Source: Bacteroidota bacterium (GTDB lineage: Bacteria > Bacteroidota > Bacteroidia > UKL13-3). Taken from it: a DNA stretch of 64,000 bases. The translations under genes and the position numbers were made by a program. The stretch's first letter is position 1. Every line of letters starts with the position of its first letter. A model generated the notes under the pieces. That model worked only from the letters and a program-made list of their open reading frames with translations, made no database searches and was not told where the DNA came from. Shown here one piece after another: positions 32,395 to 42,269 of this stretch. Location of the stretch: positions 22,930 through 86,929 of the forward strand of contig JAIYCU010000028.1 in the NCBI GenBank assembly GCA_027487835.1, given 5' to 3'.

Positions 32395-33150
32395 TTAAAA
32401 AGGCAAGTTTACAGATTGACACCAAAAACGAATCTGATTAATTACATTTTCATTTATTAAAACGGCAGCATTACATTCACCATTACTTCTTGAATGGATT
32501 CCGATAGCCTGAAAACCGTCTTCTGTTTTTATCCAAATGGGCGAACCACTGTTTCGTTCTTCCGTAAACATATCATAATTAATGTATGACCCTTTGTTTT
32601 CAACACTGTTCGTACTATCAGTCCAAATTTCAAAAAAGTCTTTATCCCCTGGCGAACCTGTAATATTCACAGGGGTAGGTATGTTTTGCATTAATCCAAT
32701 CGCATTTAAAGAATAACAGCCACCAATTTTTTTATACAAAGTGGAATCTGGAAGAATAACTATTGAATAGTCTCTATTTATTTTCCAATTTATCCAATAA
32801 CCTGATTTGTAAAATTTGTTTATTCCTTTAACTAAACTAATCGTATCTGATGCCAAATAGGTTGCTGAATCAATTGAACCAAAATAAAGTTTTACGGTAT
32901 TAACAGAACCTGTGGGGTACCAAGCAAAATTATGACCAGCAGTAAGCAAAACTCTTGGATGTATTAAAAATCCGGTTCCCCAACGTGATGTTTTTCCTCT
33001 TGTCATTTCCATATAACAAGTGTATGAATTGGGCAAATTCGGTCCTGTGATTCTTTGTCTCTTAGATGAATCTAAAACGCAACTAACCTGTGATCTTACA
33101 CTGTGTAAAAATGCAAAAAACATGATTAAGTATAAAACTAGCGTTTTCAT
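32395..33150 (-). CDS. Secreted trypsin-like (V8-type) serine protease
   Basis: GTGFLI, LLTAGH (His), DYSI (Asp), NSGSPI (Ser); signal peptide. Confidence 0.85.
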   Translation of the reverse strand: MKTLVLYLIMFFAFLHSVRSQVSCVLDSSKRQRITGPNLPNSYTCYMEMTRGKTSRWGTGFLIHPRVLLTAGHNFAWYPTGSVNTVKLYFGSIDSATYLASDTISLVKGINKFYKSGYWINWKINRDYSIVILPDSTLYKKIGGCYSLNAIGLMQNIPTPVNITGSPGDKDFFEIWTDSTNSVENKGSYINYDMFTEERNSGSPIWIKTEDGFQAIGIHSRSNGECNAAVLINENVINQIRFWCQSVNLPF

Positions 33151-33407
33151 AAATAAGAATTTAGTATTTCTTGATTGTTTCTAAGGGTTTTAATGTAGTC
33201 AAAGTTAAAGATTTTCTCATATTGTTAATAGAAATTCTATTTCCAAAATCAATGAGGAAATATATAACATGTTCAATAATCTAAGTGGTTTTACAAAGTT
33301 CTTTCAATTGCTTAAGGTGAATAACCATTGTTAAATCAACCTCAATTTATTATTTCTCATTAGTTTTAAATTATAGAAATTATTAACTAATGTAATTTGG
33401 TTTAAAG

Positions 33408-34781
33408 TTATTTGCCAATTTTTGTAGTAACGATTACTTGTAATCGATTATAATTTGGGCCTTCAAATTGACTATTAGAAAAATCCATTAAAGTGTATTG
33501 AATAGTAAGTCTATCCAAAATCAAGGCAAATGAAAGAGAATAATACCCGAAAGGTTTATTTGCAACCTTTAATGTTTCATAAAATTTCTTTGTACCATGA
33601 ACTAAACTTGCTGAACCCCGTATTGAAAACCCAAAAAATTTATCATCAGTGTTATTTACACGACTACCATTATCCCCAAATACTTGAAAAGGAACTAAAA
33701 TGCTTGGATTAATTTGGAAAACATTATTAATTAATAAATCATTTTCCGCAATATATCGGCCAGCAATTGGGGCATCAAGTCCAATATAATTAGCCAATTC
33801 CGTTGTAAATGAAATCTCAGTTAGGCTTTTTGAAATGTTATAGGAGATTAATGGATATCTTAGTCCTATCGAAAATTCCCCTCCACCGCTCACCGTTTTG
33901 TATAAAGTAGAACGAACCATATTTGAAGAGTCTATTTGATTTAGTTTTTCTAACAGTTGAGCGGAATCTAAACTGCTCCTTGTTGCTTCATCTAAACTTT
34001 CAGGTGTTATACGTGAAAGCATTGTATTTACAGATATTTGAATTGGGCCGCTGTAACCAGTAAATAAGTTACTTTTTATAGACCCAACAGAATCCCAACC
34101 TTCAATATTTACATTAGAAAGGAAATTGTTCTTTCTACTTTGCTGATAATACATCATAGATGTAGCAGAATTGCGACTGGGTAAAAATTTTAATTTCGGA
34201 TATTCAGAATATCTATTCCAAATGCTTCTAGACATTCTGTCGTGCTCAATCTGACAACTAGTGTATGCAATCTCGATTACTCGCTTAATTCTATCTTCCT
34301 TAACCTCATCATTTGATAACATTATTTCATCATACATTTTCAACTTTCTTCGATTGATTATTTTTTGAACAGAATCATTAACTATATTATTCAATTTCAG
34401 TCTCTTGCCATAATTCTCACGGTCAACCATACCTACTTGTTGAAACTGTTGTATTTGAGTTAAATCTGGGTGTAAATAAAAGATAATACGGTATAAAAGT
34501 TCCACATTTATAGCTTGTATAGAACTACCCACTTCTACCAAAGTATGTTTCATAATAAAACCAATAGTAGTGTCAATTGAGACTTTATAATAATAATCGG
34601 AAGAGTCTATTACAGTTACATTTGTTCCAACTTTTAACTTTCCAATTATATTATCCGGAGATGGAAATGTAAAAGAAGGTTTGGAATAAAGATATATTTC
34701 TTCAAAATCAACAACTTTTTGTTGACCAAATGATGAGATTGTCAAGAGCAGCAGCAATTGTATTAACAGTAGCTTTTTCAT
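33408..34781 (-). CDS. Secreted hypothetical protein with N-terminal SH3b-like domain
   Basis: Signal peptide; IIGKLKVGTNVTVID...YYKV...GFI is SH3b-like; the remainder is unrecognised. Confidence 0.6.
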   Translation of the reverse strand: MKKLLLIQLLLLLTISSFGQQKVVDFEEIYLYSKPSFTFPSPDNIIGKLKVGTNVTVIDSSDYYYKVSIDTTIGFIMKHTLVEVGSSIQAINVELLYRIIFYLHPDLTQIQQFQQVGMVDRENYGKRLKLNNIVNDSVQKIINRRKLKMYDEIMLSNDEVKEDRIKRVIEIAYTSCQIEHDRMSRSIWNRYSEYPKLKFLPSRNSATSMMYYQQSRKNNFLSNVNIEGWDSVGSIKSNLFTGYSGPIQISVNTMLSRITPESLDEATRSSLDSAQLLEKLNQIDSSNMVRSTLYKTVSGGGEFSIGLRYPLISYNISKSLTEISFTTELANYIGLDAPIAGRYIAENDLLINNVFQINPSILVPFQVFGDNGSRVNNTDDKFFGFSIRGSASLVHGTKKFYETLKVANKPFGYYSLSFALILDRLTIQYTLMDFSNSQFEGPNYNRLQVIVTTKIGK

Positions 34782-34984
34782 TTAAGTTAGTTTTTATAGG
34801 TCAACGAATTTAATAAATTTTACACTTTGTTTTTTACTTTACATAAATTTAACCTGTATATTTAATAGACTTAAATTCAGCCAGCCCAATATTTAATTTA
34901 TTTACATAAATGTAAATTTCGGAAAGATACTATTAGGTTCTTACGTTCTTATTGCCGGTATGTTTTTAATTAATGTTAAGCTAA

Positions 34985-35251
34985 CTTTTTTGTATACTTC
35001 GGTTTGTCTTTCATAAACAAGTCAGCCTTTTATTTTTCAAAAAGTTCAAATATAAACCTCATTCTGTTAGCATAAATTGTAAACGGCTTCGGTCTGCAGG
35101 CTAGGTCAAAAACTCTTTCTAATTCGTTTTAACCTTTTACTAATGCTGGAGGTATAGTCAAATGGTCGTAAAGGTCAGTAAGTGAATTAATAAGAAATTT
35201 TAATATTGCATCCAATACTTTTTAAGCTTTTGCAACAATTGCTTGTATTTA
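34985..35251 (-). pseudogene. Remnant of the C-terminus of an MmeI-family (type IIL) restriction-modification enzyme
   Basis: Manual translation IQAIVAKA*KVLDAILKFLINSLTDLYDHLTIPPALVKG*NELERVFDLACRPKPFTIYANRMRFIFELFEK*KADLF matches the MmeI-family SLADLYDPLTMP..L.KAH..LD.AVD.AY...F..E..R..FLFELY tail; three internal stops. Confidence 0.8.
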
Positions 35252-35541
35252 TTTAACAATATGGTATAAGTATTGGGCTACACAAACAAATGCGCCTCTT
35301 GGCAATAACGCAACTGCTTTGGTAAAAAACCATAACAAATGGGCCTGCCATATTTCTCTGGTGGGTAGAATAATATAAGCTTCCTGTAAACAATTGGCTA
35401 AATGCAATATCTTGGGTTCAGTTTGATCCAACTCAAATTTTGCATACTTAAAAGCGGGTAAGTTTAAGACGTGCTTTTGGAAGAGAAAAGCGCAGAAGTA
35501 TTATAATAAGAAAAAATATAATATTGGAATTTTATAATGCC

Positions 35542-36726
35542 TTAAAATCTTGAAAACAGGGCTCTTAGAAAACATATAAAAGTATTATTAGTTAGTGATA
35601 AAATAAAAAGTCCAATAGCAAACACTGGAGTCAACCAAACTAAGAAACGAATAATGTTTAAATAGCTTTTTTGCTTACTGTGTAGATTATTAATTTTGGT
35701 AAATGTTGTTGTGAAATCATCACCAAGAATTCCAATTTTCTTATCATCAACAGAGTTTTCAAATCTATCAATATCATCTTTCACAAAGTCTATTGCAGAA
35801 AATTGATTACGCAGAAGAACTTCAAGTAAAACACTAAAAACAAATGCACTTAAAACCAAGGCGAAATTGAAATAGATTTTTTCGCCAGTAAGGTCAAATT
35901 GTCCAATTATTAATAAAAAAGCTGCTGGTATTGCCACAAGTTTTGTTTGTGCATCATTAATTACTGCTTGGATTTTTTTGCTGTATTCAATTATCTCCTT
36001 GTCAATTTCTGATTTAAATTTTTGATAAGAATACTTTTCTAAATATAAACTGTGGCTTTTATGGTAATTTAATGTAAGGTCTGAGAAGTTGGTAACCAAA
36101 AAATTGAATCTGTTTTTAGGTTCAATTATTTTTGATAGTGAAGCTATCAATTCATTTGTAAAAATAATTCGTCTCTCCTCCCTATCTGCTGAATCTTGAA
36201 TATGGCTAATTAAACTGTCTAGTTCTTTTATTTCAATTAAATCTTTGGCTGAATAATCCGTAGTTAGTATTAATTGCTTTGCTTGAAAAAAAACAATTTC
36301 ATTGCCCTTTTGATAATCTGAAATACTTCTTAAAAAAGAAATAAGTTTTGTAAATGCTGTATAATTTTGGATTTGAACTGGTTGAACTTGTTGGGTTGAA
36401 ACGTAATTCAGTGAGTTTACAAAGTATTTATTTTGAATATTAGATTGAGATGAGAAATTTATTAAATCTTCGAATGATTCAAAATACTTTTCATCTCCAA
36501 GTTGGTTGGAATATAGTCTTACTTTAATTCTATCGTTAATTGCAATTTGGTCAACTAGTTTATTTCGATTTAGAACAATTACAAAATTCTCAATGCAATT
36601 TGCGGCTGACAAACTTTTTAGTTTTTCTATTTCATCAAGATTAGGCACAAAAAAGCCGACTATTTCATTTCCTGAAATAGTAACTTCTTCAAGTCTTTGT
36701 CTTATCTGAATAAAATCGTTAAGCAT
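35542..36726 (-). CDS. Hypothetical protein with three predicted C-terminal TM helices, partner of the YejK/NdpA-like gene
   Basis: 394-aa ORF starting 3 nt after the stop of the upstream gene; hydrophobic segments LVAIPAAFLLII, FALVLSAFVFSVLLEVLL, IIRFLVWLTPVFAIGLFILSL. Confidence 0.8.
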   Translation of the reverse strand: MLNDFIQIRQRLEEVTISGNEIVGFFVPNLDEIEKLKSLSAANCIENFVIVLNRNKLVDQIAINDRIKVRLYSNQLGDEKYFESFEDLINFSSQSNIQNKYFVNSLNYVSTQQVQPVQIQNYTAFTKLISFLRSISDYQKGNEIVFFQAKQLILTTDYSAKDLIEIKELDSLISHIQDSADREERRIIFTNELIASLSKIIEPKNRFNFLVTNFSDLTLNYHKSHSLYLEKYSYQKFKSEIDKEIIEYSKKIQAVINDAQTKLVAIPAAFLLIIGQFDLTGEKIYFNFALVLSAFVFSVLLEVLLRNQFSAIDFVKDDIDRFENSVDDKKIGILGDDFTTTFTKINNLHSKQKSYLNIIRFLVWLTPVFAIGLFILSLTNNTFICFLRALFSRF

Positions 36727-36729
36727 TGA

Positions 36730-37725
36730 TTATTCGGGGTCTTCTTCATTCGCAAATTGTCTTCTTAAATCATCAGGCAAATTAGTTATTCGTAATTCAT
36801 TTGTCTGTTGGTTGTAAAAAATACTTTCATTTACTAAGCCACTATCAAATTCAATTGTTAGTTTTTTGCTTCGATAAACGTAAAATTTCAAAGTCTTTAG
36901 TGTTTTATTGTGGCCTTTAATAAGAGAGCTTACTCTATAATCTTCACTCGCTGCAAATTCTTGAAACATGTCAGGCTCATCAGCACTTATCATTGATGAT
37001 ATGTGATGCAATGAAATATCCTCTTTTCTTCTAGTTTGAGCATAGCAATAATTCAGAACTTGATTTCTTAAATTTTCTTCTTCTTGAGTATCTAATTCTA
37101 GTTGTGGCAAATAATCGAGAAAAGCTCTTTTTAAGGATTCTGATGATTCTTTTGCAGATGTTTGGTCTGTACATCCAATAAATCTTTTAAAATAATTAGA
37201 AACATCTTTTCTTCCTCTTGCGAATGACAAATACGTTTCTTCATTATTGTCCCAACGAGTAACATTAACTGAATTGGCAACATCTAATTTGTCAATATCA
37301 AGACTGAATATTTCTTCAATACTCAAATTGTCATTTATATTGTATTGCTTTTTGTTGTTCAGCATTACAGTCATTACAAATTCTTCATTTTGTAGTGTAT
37401 AATGAGCAAAAACTACATAACCTCCTGTGGCTTGCGGAACTGCATTAATTACACCCAATAAATGATTCATTGCAGAAGCTGTGAAATCTAAAAACTGCTG
37501 TTCAACAAAGTAGTTTCTTAACATTGTTTGAAAAGGAAAAGTTACTGCATTCGGGTCAAAGATTCCATAGTTTGGATTTGACTTTTTGTAATAAACTTGC
37601 TTTATGTTTGTTACAAATTCTGTTTCTCTTTCACCGACTGGAAGTAGGTTTTCACGTAATGTTATTGTTGCATTACCTTGTGATTCTTTGTCCAGCCTGT
37701 GAACTATTATTGAGTGTAATTCTAT
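36730..37725 (-). CDS. Nucleoid-associated protein family (YejK/NdpA, NA37), accessory copy
   Basis: ATGGYVVFAHY, LDIDKL, YLSF..GR..VSNYF..FIGC motifs. The frame is open upstream of the track ATG (37524) to ATA at 37725, adding ELHSIIVHRLDKE and giving 331 aa. Confidence 0.85.
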   Translation of the reverse strand: MELHSIIVHRLDKESQGNATITLRENLLPVGERETEFVTNIKQVYYKKSNPNYGIFDPNAVTFPFQTMLRNYFVEQQFLDFTASAMNHLLGVINAVPQATGGYVVFAHYTLQNEEFVMTVMLNNKKQYNINDNLSIEEIFSLDIDKLDVANSVNVTRWDNNEETYLSFARGRKDVSNYFKRFIGCTDQTSAKESSESLKRAFLDYLPQLELDTQEEENLRNQVLNYCYAQTRRKEDISLHHISSMISADEPDMFQEFAASEDYRVSSLIKGHNKTLKTLKFYVYRSKKLTIEFDSGLVNESIFYNQQTNELRITNLPDDLRRQFANEEDPE

Positions 37726-37736
37726 ATTATAAATTT

Positions 37737-38081
37737 TTACAATTCCCCTTTAAAAGCCTTGTCCAATAAACTTGGAATTAGTTTGGTTAATTCCTGTTCG
37801 GTTTGTTTGTGATGTTCTTTAACTGCATTTGTTTTATTGAGTAGTTCAACAAATTCTCTTTGCAATTCAATTGAAGGAACTGGAACTAATATTTTCATCA
37901 ACTTGTCTAAGCCCAATGTTTTGTTTCTTCCTATCACAATAATTTTTCCGTCAGTGAAAGTCCGCTGTTCAAGTATTAAATCGTCTGACCATTGGCTATC
38001 ATACAGCTTGGGCAACACTTCCTTTCGGCAAGTGTCCGCTTCGCTATCGTGATTGTCAATATGTATAGTTTTATCACTCAT
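37737..38081 (-). pseudogene. In-frame hsdR::hsdS fusion left by deletion of a type I R-M operon
   Basis: N-half SEADTCRKEVLPKL...W....I.EQRTFTDGKIIVIGR is an EcoAI/EcoEI-type HsdR start; C-half NKTLG...VPVPSIELQREF...SLLDKAFKGEL is an HsdS end. Confidence 0.85.
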
Positions 38082-38145
38082 TTACTCGTCATAATATAGT
38101 TTGTCAAAATACCTTTTTTCTCGATGTATTGGCTCGGCTTTTTAA

Positions 38146-41100
38146 TTAAGTTGGTTGTTCATCCTCTATATTAATTTTTAGTACTATTGCAAATTGAGCA
38201 AAACTTGATGATAGGTTAGTTTTAGTTATGTTCCTATTTTTGTGATTTCTGAATTCATCTTCAACTTCTGCTGGTTCAAAATGTTCACCTAAGATAGTGG
38301 CTAAATAAATTGAAGTTAATTTGTCAAAATCATTAGTTGGCTTTTGGAAATTCAAATTAATTGTAGTTTTTAGTTTGTGAATTTTTGAGATTTCACTCTT
38401 TGGTATAGATGGAATCAAAATCTTACTCAAAGCCCATGAAGTAACTCGTTGCAAATTATAATCACCCGATTTAATCCATAATTTTGTCAAGTATATAACA
38501 TATTGTATCCTTAAACTATCTGGGAAAATATTTACTTCTCCTGACCAAGCAACACTCCAGCATATTGAGAAATGACAATGGGCATCATTTGTTTTGAGTA
38601 AGTCATACATAATTTTGAATATTTCCTCTGAAACTGAAATTTCTGAAATTCCTATTTCAAGTGGTCGAAATGATAAACCATACGCAAAGTTCATCATGCC
38701 TAATGCTGCTATACATTTATTTTCATTCGTTTCGCTTTTTAATGATAAAAGAATTTCATTTGGAATTGAAGATATATTTTCTGAATTCGCCAAGTCAGTA
38801 TAGAAAATGTCTGCTAAAGTTGACCCTAATGGGGACGAATATTTATCATCATATTTTCCAAAAAAACATTCTTTAACTCTTTTTCTAAATGCATTTCCAA
38901 ATTTATTTTTAAGAATAATATCTGTGTTTCCTCTTCCAAGGATTGTATAGATGTTTTTCGCATACCATTCAATTGCAGTGCCTAATAAGTCTGGACTAAT
39001 TTGAATTTCATTTGCAAGGCAGCTACCTAAAAGGGAGGGCGCAAGTTTATCTTCCTTTAGTTGTTCCTTTTTTTCTTTAGTGGCAATAATTTTTGATTCA
39101 GAAATTAAATATTCAATTAAGTCTTTTGTATCCCTTTCTAAAAGAACAGCAGCCAATGGTATTACCTCTTTCCAATTTTCATTATTTACATTTGGCTTAA
39201 TAATATCCACAACTTTACTTTCAATATCTGATAATGGAATAAACTTTTTTACTATCGCTTTCGCTGTCAAATACTCTTGGAAACTTAAATGCAAAAATTC
39301 ATATACCGCAGTTATGTTACCTGAATCAAGTTGTTTATGACCTGTCATTATTAGTAAGCTGCTTCTTGATTCAACCCTTTTTATAAATTCAGTGGGATTA
39401 ACATTTGTATAGCCTAAAATTTCTGGCATTTGTTTACGTGCATCAATGAGACAACCATTAAGTTCTTCTGAAGTAATCGTTTGTTGACCATTTTTAGTCA
39501 TCCAATATGCTACAAAAGCAAGTTGGGGTTCTGCTTCTTCAATGTCAAGAATTTCATGTCCTTCAACATTCCATGTCACTAAGAGAAGCTTAATCATTTC
39601 TTGATATAAAACACTTCTTTTAGTTGGAAGATACCCTGCCCATCTTTTAACAAAAAGTAGAGTAGTTAAGAGAAGTGGATTCTCGGCTAATACTACTATT
39701 CTATTGTCCTTTATAATTAAATCACTTAGCTTATTTGCTTCTTTAATTGTGTTTTCTGAGTCGTCTATAATTGCTTTGTGCCATTTTAAACACAGCTCTT
39801 CAATTTCCTCACCAATCAAATTTGAAACTGTATAGTTCTCACAATAAGTTGCTAATGAACCAGCTACAACTCTAAATCCCGCCTCTCGTGATGTTACTAT
39901 AATATTAATTGTAGGGTATGTTGCAATAAAGGTTCTCAGTTGGTTTACAAAGGCAATTCTATTCTTGTCTTCTGCAATTTCATCCAATCCGTCAATTAGT
40001 AACAACGCATTACCATTTTGCAATGACTTTGAAACTAAAATTGAAAAATCATCAGCGCAAGAATGAATTTCTGCTCTAGCAGGTATTCCGTTAATAATAT
40101 CAGTAATACTTAAAGTAACATTGTCCCCAAGTTCTCTACACCTTAAAAAAATTGGAAACCAATCTTTGTCAGGAAGTTTGTCATTTATTTGTATACGCCT
40201 TTCAGGGAAAGCATATGCAATTGCTATACGCTTAATAAGAGTTGATTTTCCGCCACCTGGCTTTGCAAGTATTGCAAGTTTTGATTTCTTTTCTAGGATT
40301 TCACCTATACCTTCTCTCGGTTTATCATCAAAATCAAATTCATCATTTATCCTTATTTGCAGTTTTTTACTCAAATGAAGAGGGACAAAAATATTTTCCA
40401 GCTTTACTTTAACCGAACCAGCTTCTTTATCAGTAGGTAATCCTTCAAATTGGATTTCACCTAATTCATTTTCTAAATACTTGAAATATTTTTCGCCTGT
40501 CTCTTTTAAGTTTCGTTTGGCTACTTTGGTTGTTTCCTCTTTGTTTAATAGGGTTAGTCCATCAAATAAATTTTTAATGTTATTGTCTATTAAAATTATC
40601 TCTTCTGCTAAATCTTTAATAAGAGGCTTTCCTTCCGCATGAACTAAAGCAACATGAGATGGTTTTTGTCCGTGCGAATCTGAATAATAAATTGCCCAAA
40701 CCCAACCTTTATCGTAAGCCAATAAATCGGCATAATCAAGCATATATAGCCCTGATATTAAATTAGATGAAGATGAAATTGCCTTCTCTATTGAGACTAA
40801 AACTCTTCCACGAATCAACTCCTCTACAATTTTTTCTGGCTTAATTAAAATTACTCTTTTATTGTCGGCTTCATTTTCTTGTTCAATTGCAGTTTCCTTA
40901 AAACCTGAAAGAGATATAAAATATCCTACAATGCTAATGCCTTTTGCCCCTTTTTCTTTTTTGCTTTTTCTTTTTTCGACATCAATAGCACCAACAAATT
41001 TGTTTATGTCCGCGCCACCTATTTTTTCTGAGTGAGCTTTACACTCAGCAATAGCTATTTTTTGTTCCGTTCTGTGATTTGAACTCAAATCTAATTCTCT

Positions 41101-41232
41101 GCCTGATTTGTGAATATTAAGCCTTGGTTCATCATATCCCAAAGTATGGAAAAGGTCAGACATCAATCGTCCAAAAAGATCACCTTTTTTGTTTGAATCA
41201 ATTTCTAAAATTTCAATGTTTCTAAGTTTCAT
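38146..41232 (-). CDS. Restriction-endonuclease (Mrr-like PD-(D/E)xK) + NACHT NTPase, NLR-like defence protein
   Basis: KGDLF...ELDL...AECKA nuclease; AKPGGGKST Walker A; LLLIDGLDE Walker B; VTSR, NPLLL, FLHLSFQEYLTA, W.EVI winged-helix motifs. Confidence 0.9.
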   Translation of the reverse strand: MKLRNIEILEIDSNKKGDLFGRLMSDLFHTLGYDEPRLNIHKSGRELDLSSNHRTEQKIAIAECKAHSEKIGGADINKFVGAIDVEKRKSKKEKGAKGISIVGYFISLSGFKETAIEQENEADNKRVILIKPEKIVEELIRGRVLVSIEKAISSSSNLISGLYMLDYADLLAYDKGWVWAIYYSDSHGQKPSHVALVHAEGKPLIKDLAEEIILIDNNIKNLFDGLTLLNKEETTKVAKRNLKETGEKYFKYLENELGEIQFEGLPTDKEAGSVKVKLENIFVPLHLSKKLQIRINDEFDFDDKPREGIGEILEKKSKLAILAKPGGGKSTLIKRIAIAYAFPERRIQINDKLPDKDWFPIFLRCRELGDNVTLSITDIINGIPARAEIHSCADDFSILVSKSLQNGNALLLIDGLDEIAEDKNRIAFVNQLRTFIATYPTINIIVTSREAGFRVVAGSLATYCENYTVSNLIGEEIEELCLKWHKAIIDDSENTIKEANKLSDLIIKDNRIVVLAENPLLLTTLLFVKRWAGYLPTKRSVLYQEMIKLLLVTWNVEGHEILDIEEAEPQLAFVAYWMTKNGQQTITSEELNGCLIDARKQMPEILGYTNVNPTEFIKRVESRSSLLIMTGHKQLDSGNITAVYEFLHLSFQEYLTAKAIVKKFIPLSDIESKVVDIIKPNVNNENWKEVIPLAAVLLERDTKDLIEYLISESKIIATKEKKEQLKEDKLAPSLLGSCLANEIQISPDLLGTAIEWYAKNIYTILGRGNTDIILKNKFGNAFRKRVKECFFGKYDDKYSSPLGSTLADIFYTDLANSENISSIPNEILLSLKSETNENKCIAALGMMNFAYGLSFRPLEIGISEISVSEEIFKIMYDLLKTNDAHCHFSICWSVAWSGEVNIFPDSLRIQYVIYLTKLWIKSGDYNLQRVTSWALSKILIPSIPKSEISKIHKLKTTINLNFQKPTNDFDKLTSIYLATILGEHFEPAEVEDEFRNHKNRNITKTNLSSSFAQFAIVLKINIEDEQPT

Positions 41233-41285
41233 TAATCTTTTGTTTTTAAAAAGTTATTTTGAAGCTGTAATGCCGCAAATTTGTT

Positions 41286-41491
41286 TTCCATCAACTAATT
41301 TAATACATGCAACTCCAACTTATTTAACAAACTTACCCAATCCTTTACAAACAAAAAATACCCAAAAGTGGGTATATGAAAATATTCTAAATGAATAATG
41401 ACACATTGCACATAAAGTATTAATAACTTAAAACGAAAGATTCAATACACATTTCTACAAACCATTGCAGGTTCCGTTCAACTAGAATTTA
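41286..41491 (-). repeat. Copy D of the dispersed element
   Basis: ttccatcaac core + taatttaatacatgcaac + aacaaacttacccaatcctttacaaacaaaaaatacccaaaagtgggtat ... aaaccattgcaggttccgttcaactagaattta. Confidence 0.8.
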
Positions 41492-41586
41492 TCTCATTAT
41501 GTTAATTGTTTCTATTGGCATTCGATGGTTTTCAATCCATGGCTTGGCTTGGGGTCAAAATGAAATGCTTGCTGTTGTAGGCAGTG

Positions 41587-42063
41587 TTAAAGAGAAAACA
41601 CCAAAGGAATTACAATTGAAAAAATAAAAAGAATGTAATAAAATATATTTTCCCAAATTTTAAATAGAGAAATTAAAAAGTAGCTTATTTTATATTTACG
41701 TCTCATGTTTGGCTTAACTATTGTAATAAGGGGTCCATGTAAACTTAAAATATCTTTTTCATTAGATTTTATTAAATATTTCTCGAATAATTCGATTGTT
41801 TCTTGTAAATAAATATATCCAGTTAAAATTATTATGTGGAGAGTAAAAAATGTTATCACAATGCTTAATAGTAAAAGCTGAATTTGATTTAATTCAAAGC
41901 CTTTAGTTATTGAAAATCCAAAAGCCGAATTCCATAAAATTACAAACCAATACTTTAAATTTGTTAAATACTCGTATCTTTTTGTTCTAAGTTCAATAGT
42001 ATTGTTGAAATTTAAAAGCAGAAAGTCTCTTTTAAATTTTATATCTTCTGGCTTAAAGGACAT
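41587..42063 (-). CDS. Small multi-TM hypothetical protein
   Basis: 158 aa, about three hydrophobic segments, very AT-rich; stop followed immediately by cactgcctacaac, which resembles an attC R'' box. Confidence 0.6.
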   Translation of the reverse strand: MSFKPEDIKFKRDFLLLNFNNTIELRTKRYEYLTNLKYWFVILWNSAFGFSITKGFELNQIQLLLLSIVITFFTLHIIILTGYIYLQETIELFEKYLIKSNEKDILSLHGPLITIVKPNMRRKYKISYFLISLFKIWENIFYYILFIFSIVIPLVFSL

Positions 42064-42269
42064 ACTTTGTTTTTTGCTTTAAAATTTGGGTATATAGAAT
42101 AACATTGTCATAATTTCAGAGTGTGAAAAACCTCATCAAACTTTTTAGTGTAAAAATATCAAAAAATGAATGATTAGGCAAGTATCTTGGTAGTTAAATT
42201 TGCATCAGCAAAACAATTATGGATAACATCAAAGTTAGTAATATCGATCAGATGGAGCTTTGTTGTAAT

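Noticed and set aside
35249-35431. 60-aa ORF MDQTEPK...
   Set aside because: No motif, TTG start, and it lies in decayed DNA just upstream of the MmeI remnant; not supported as a gene.
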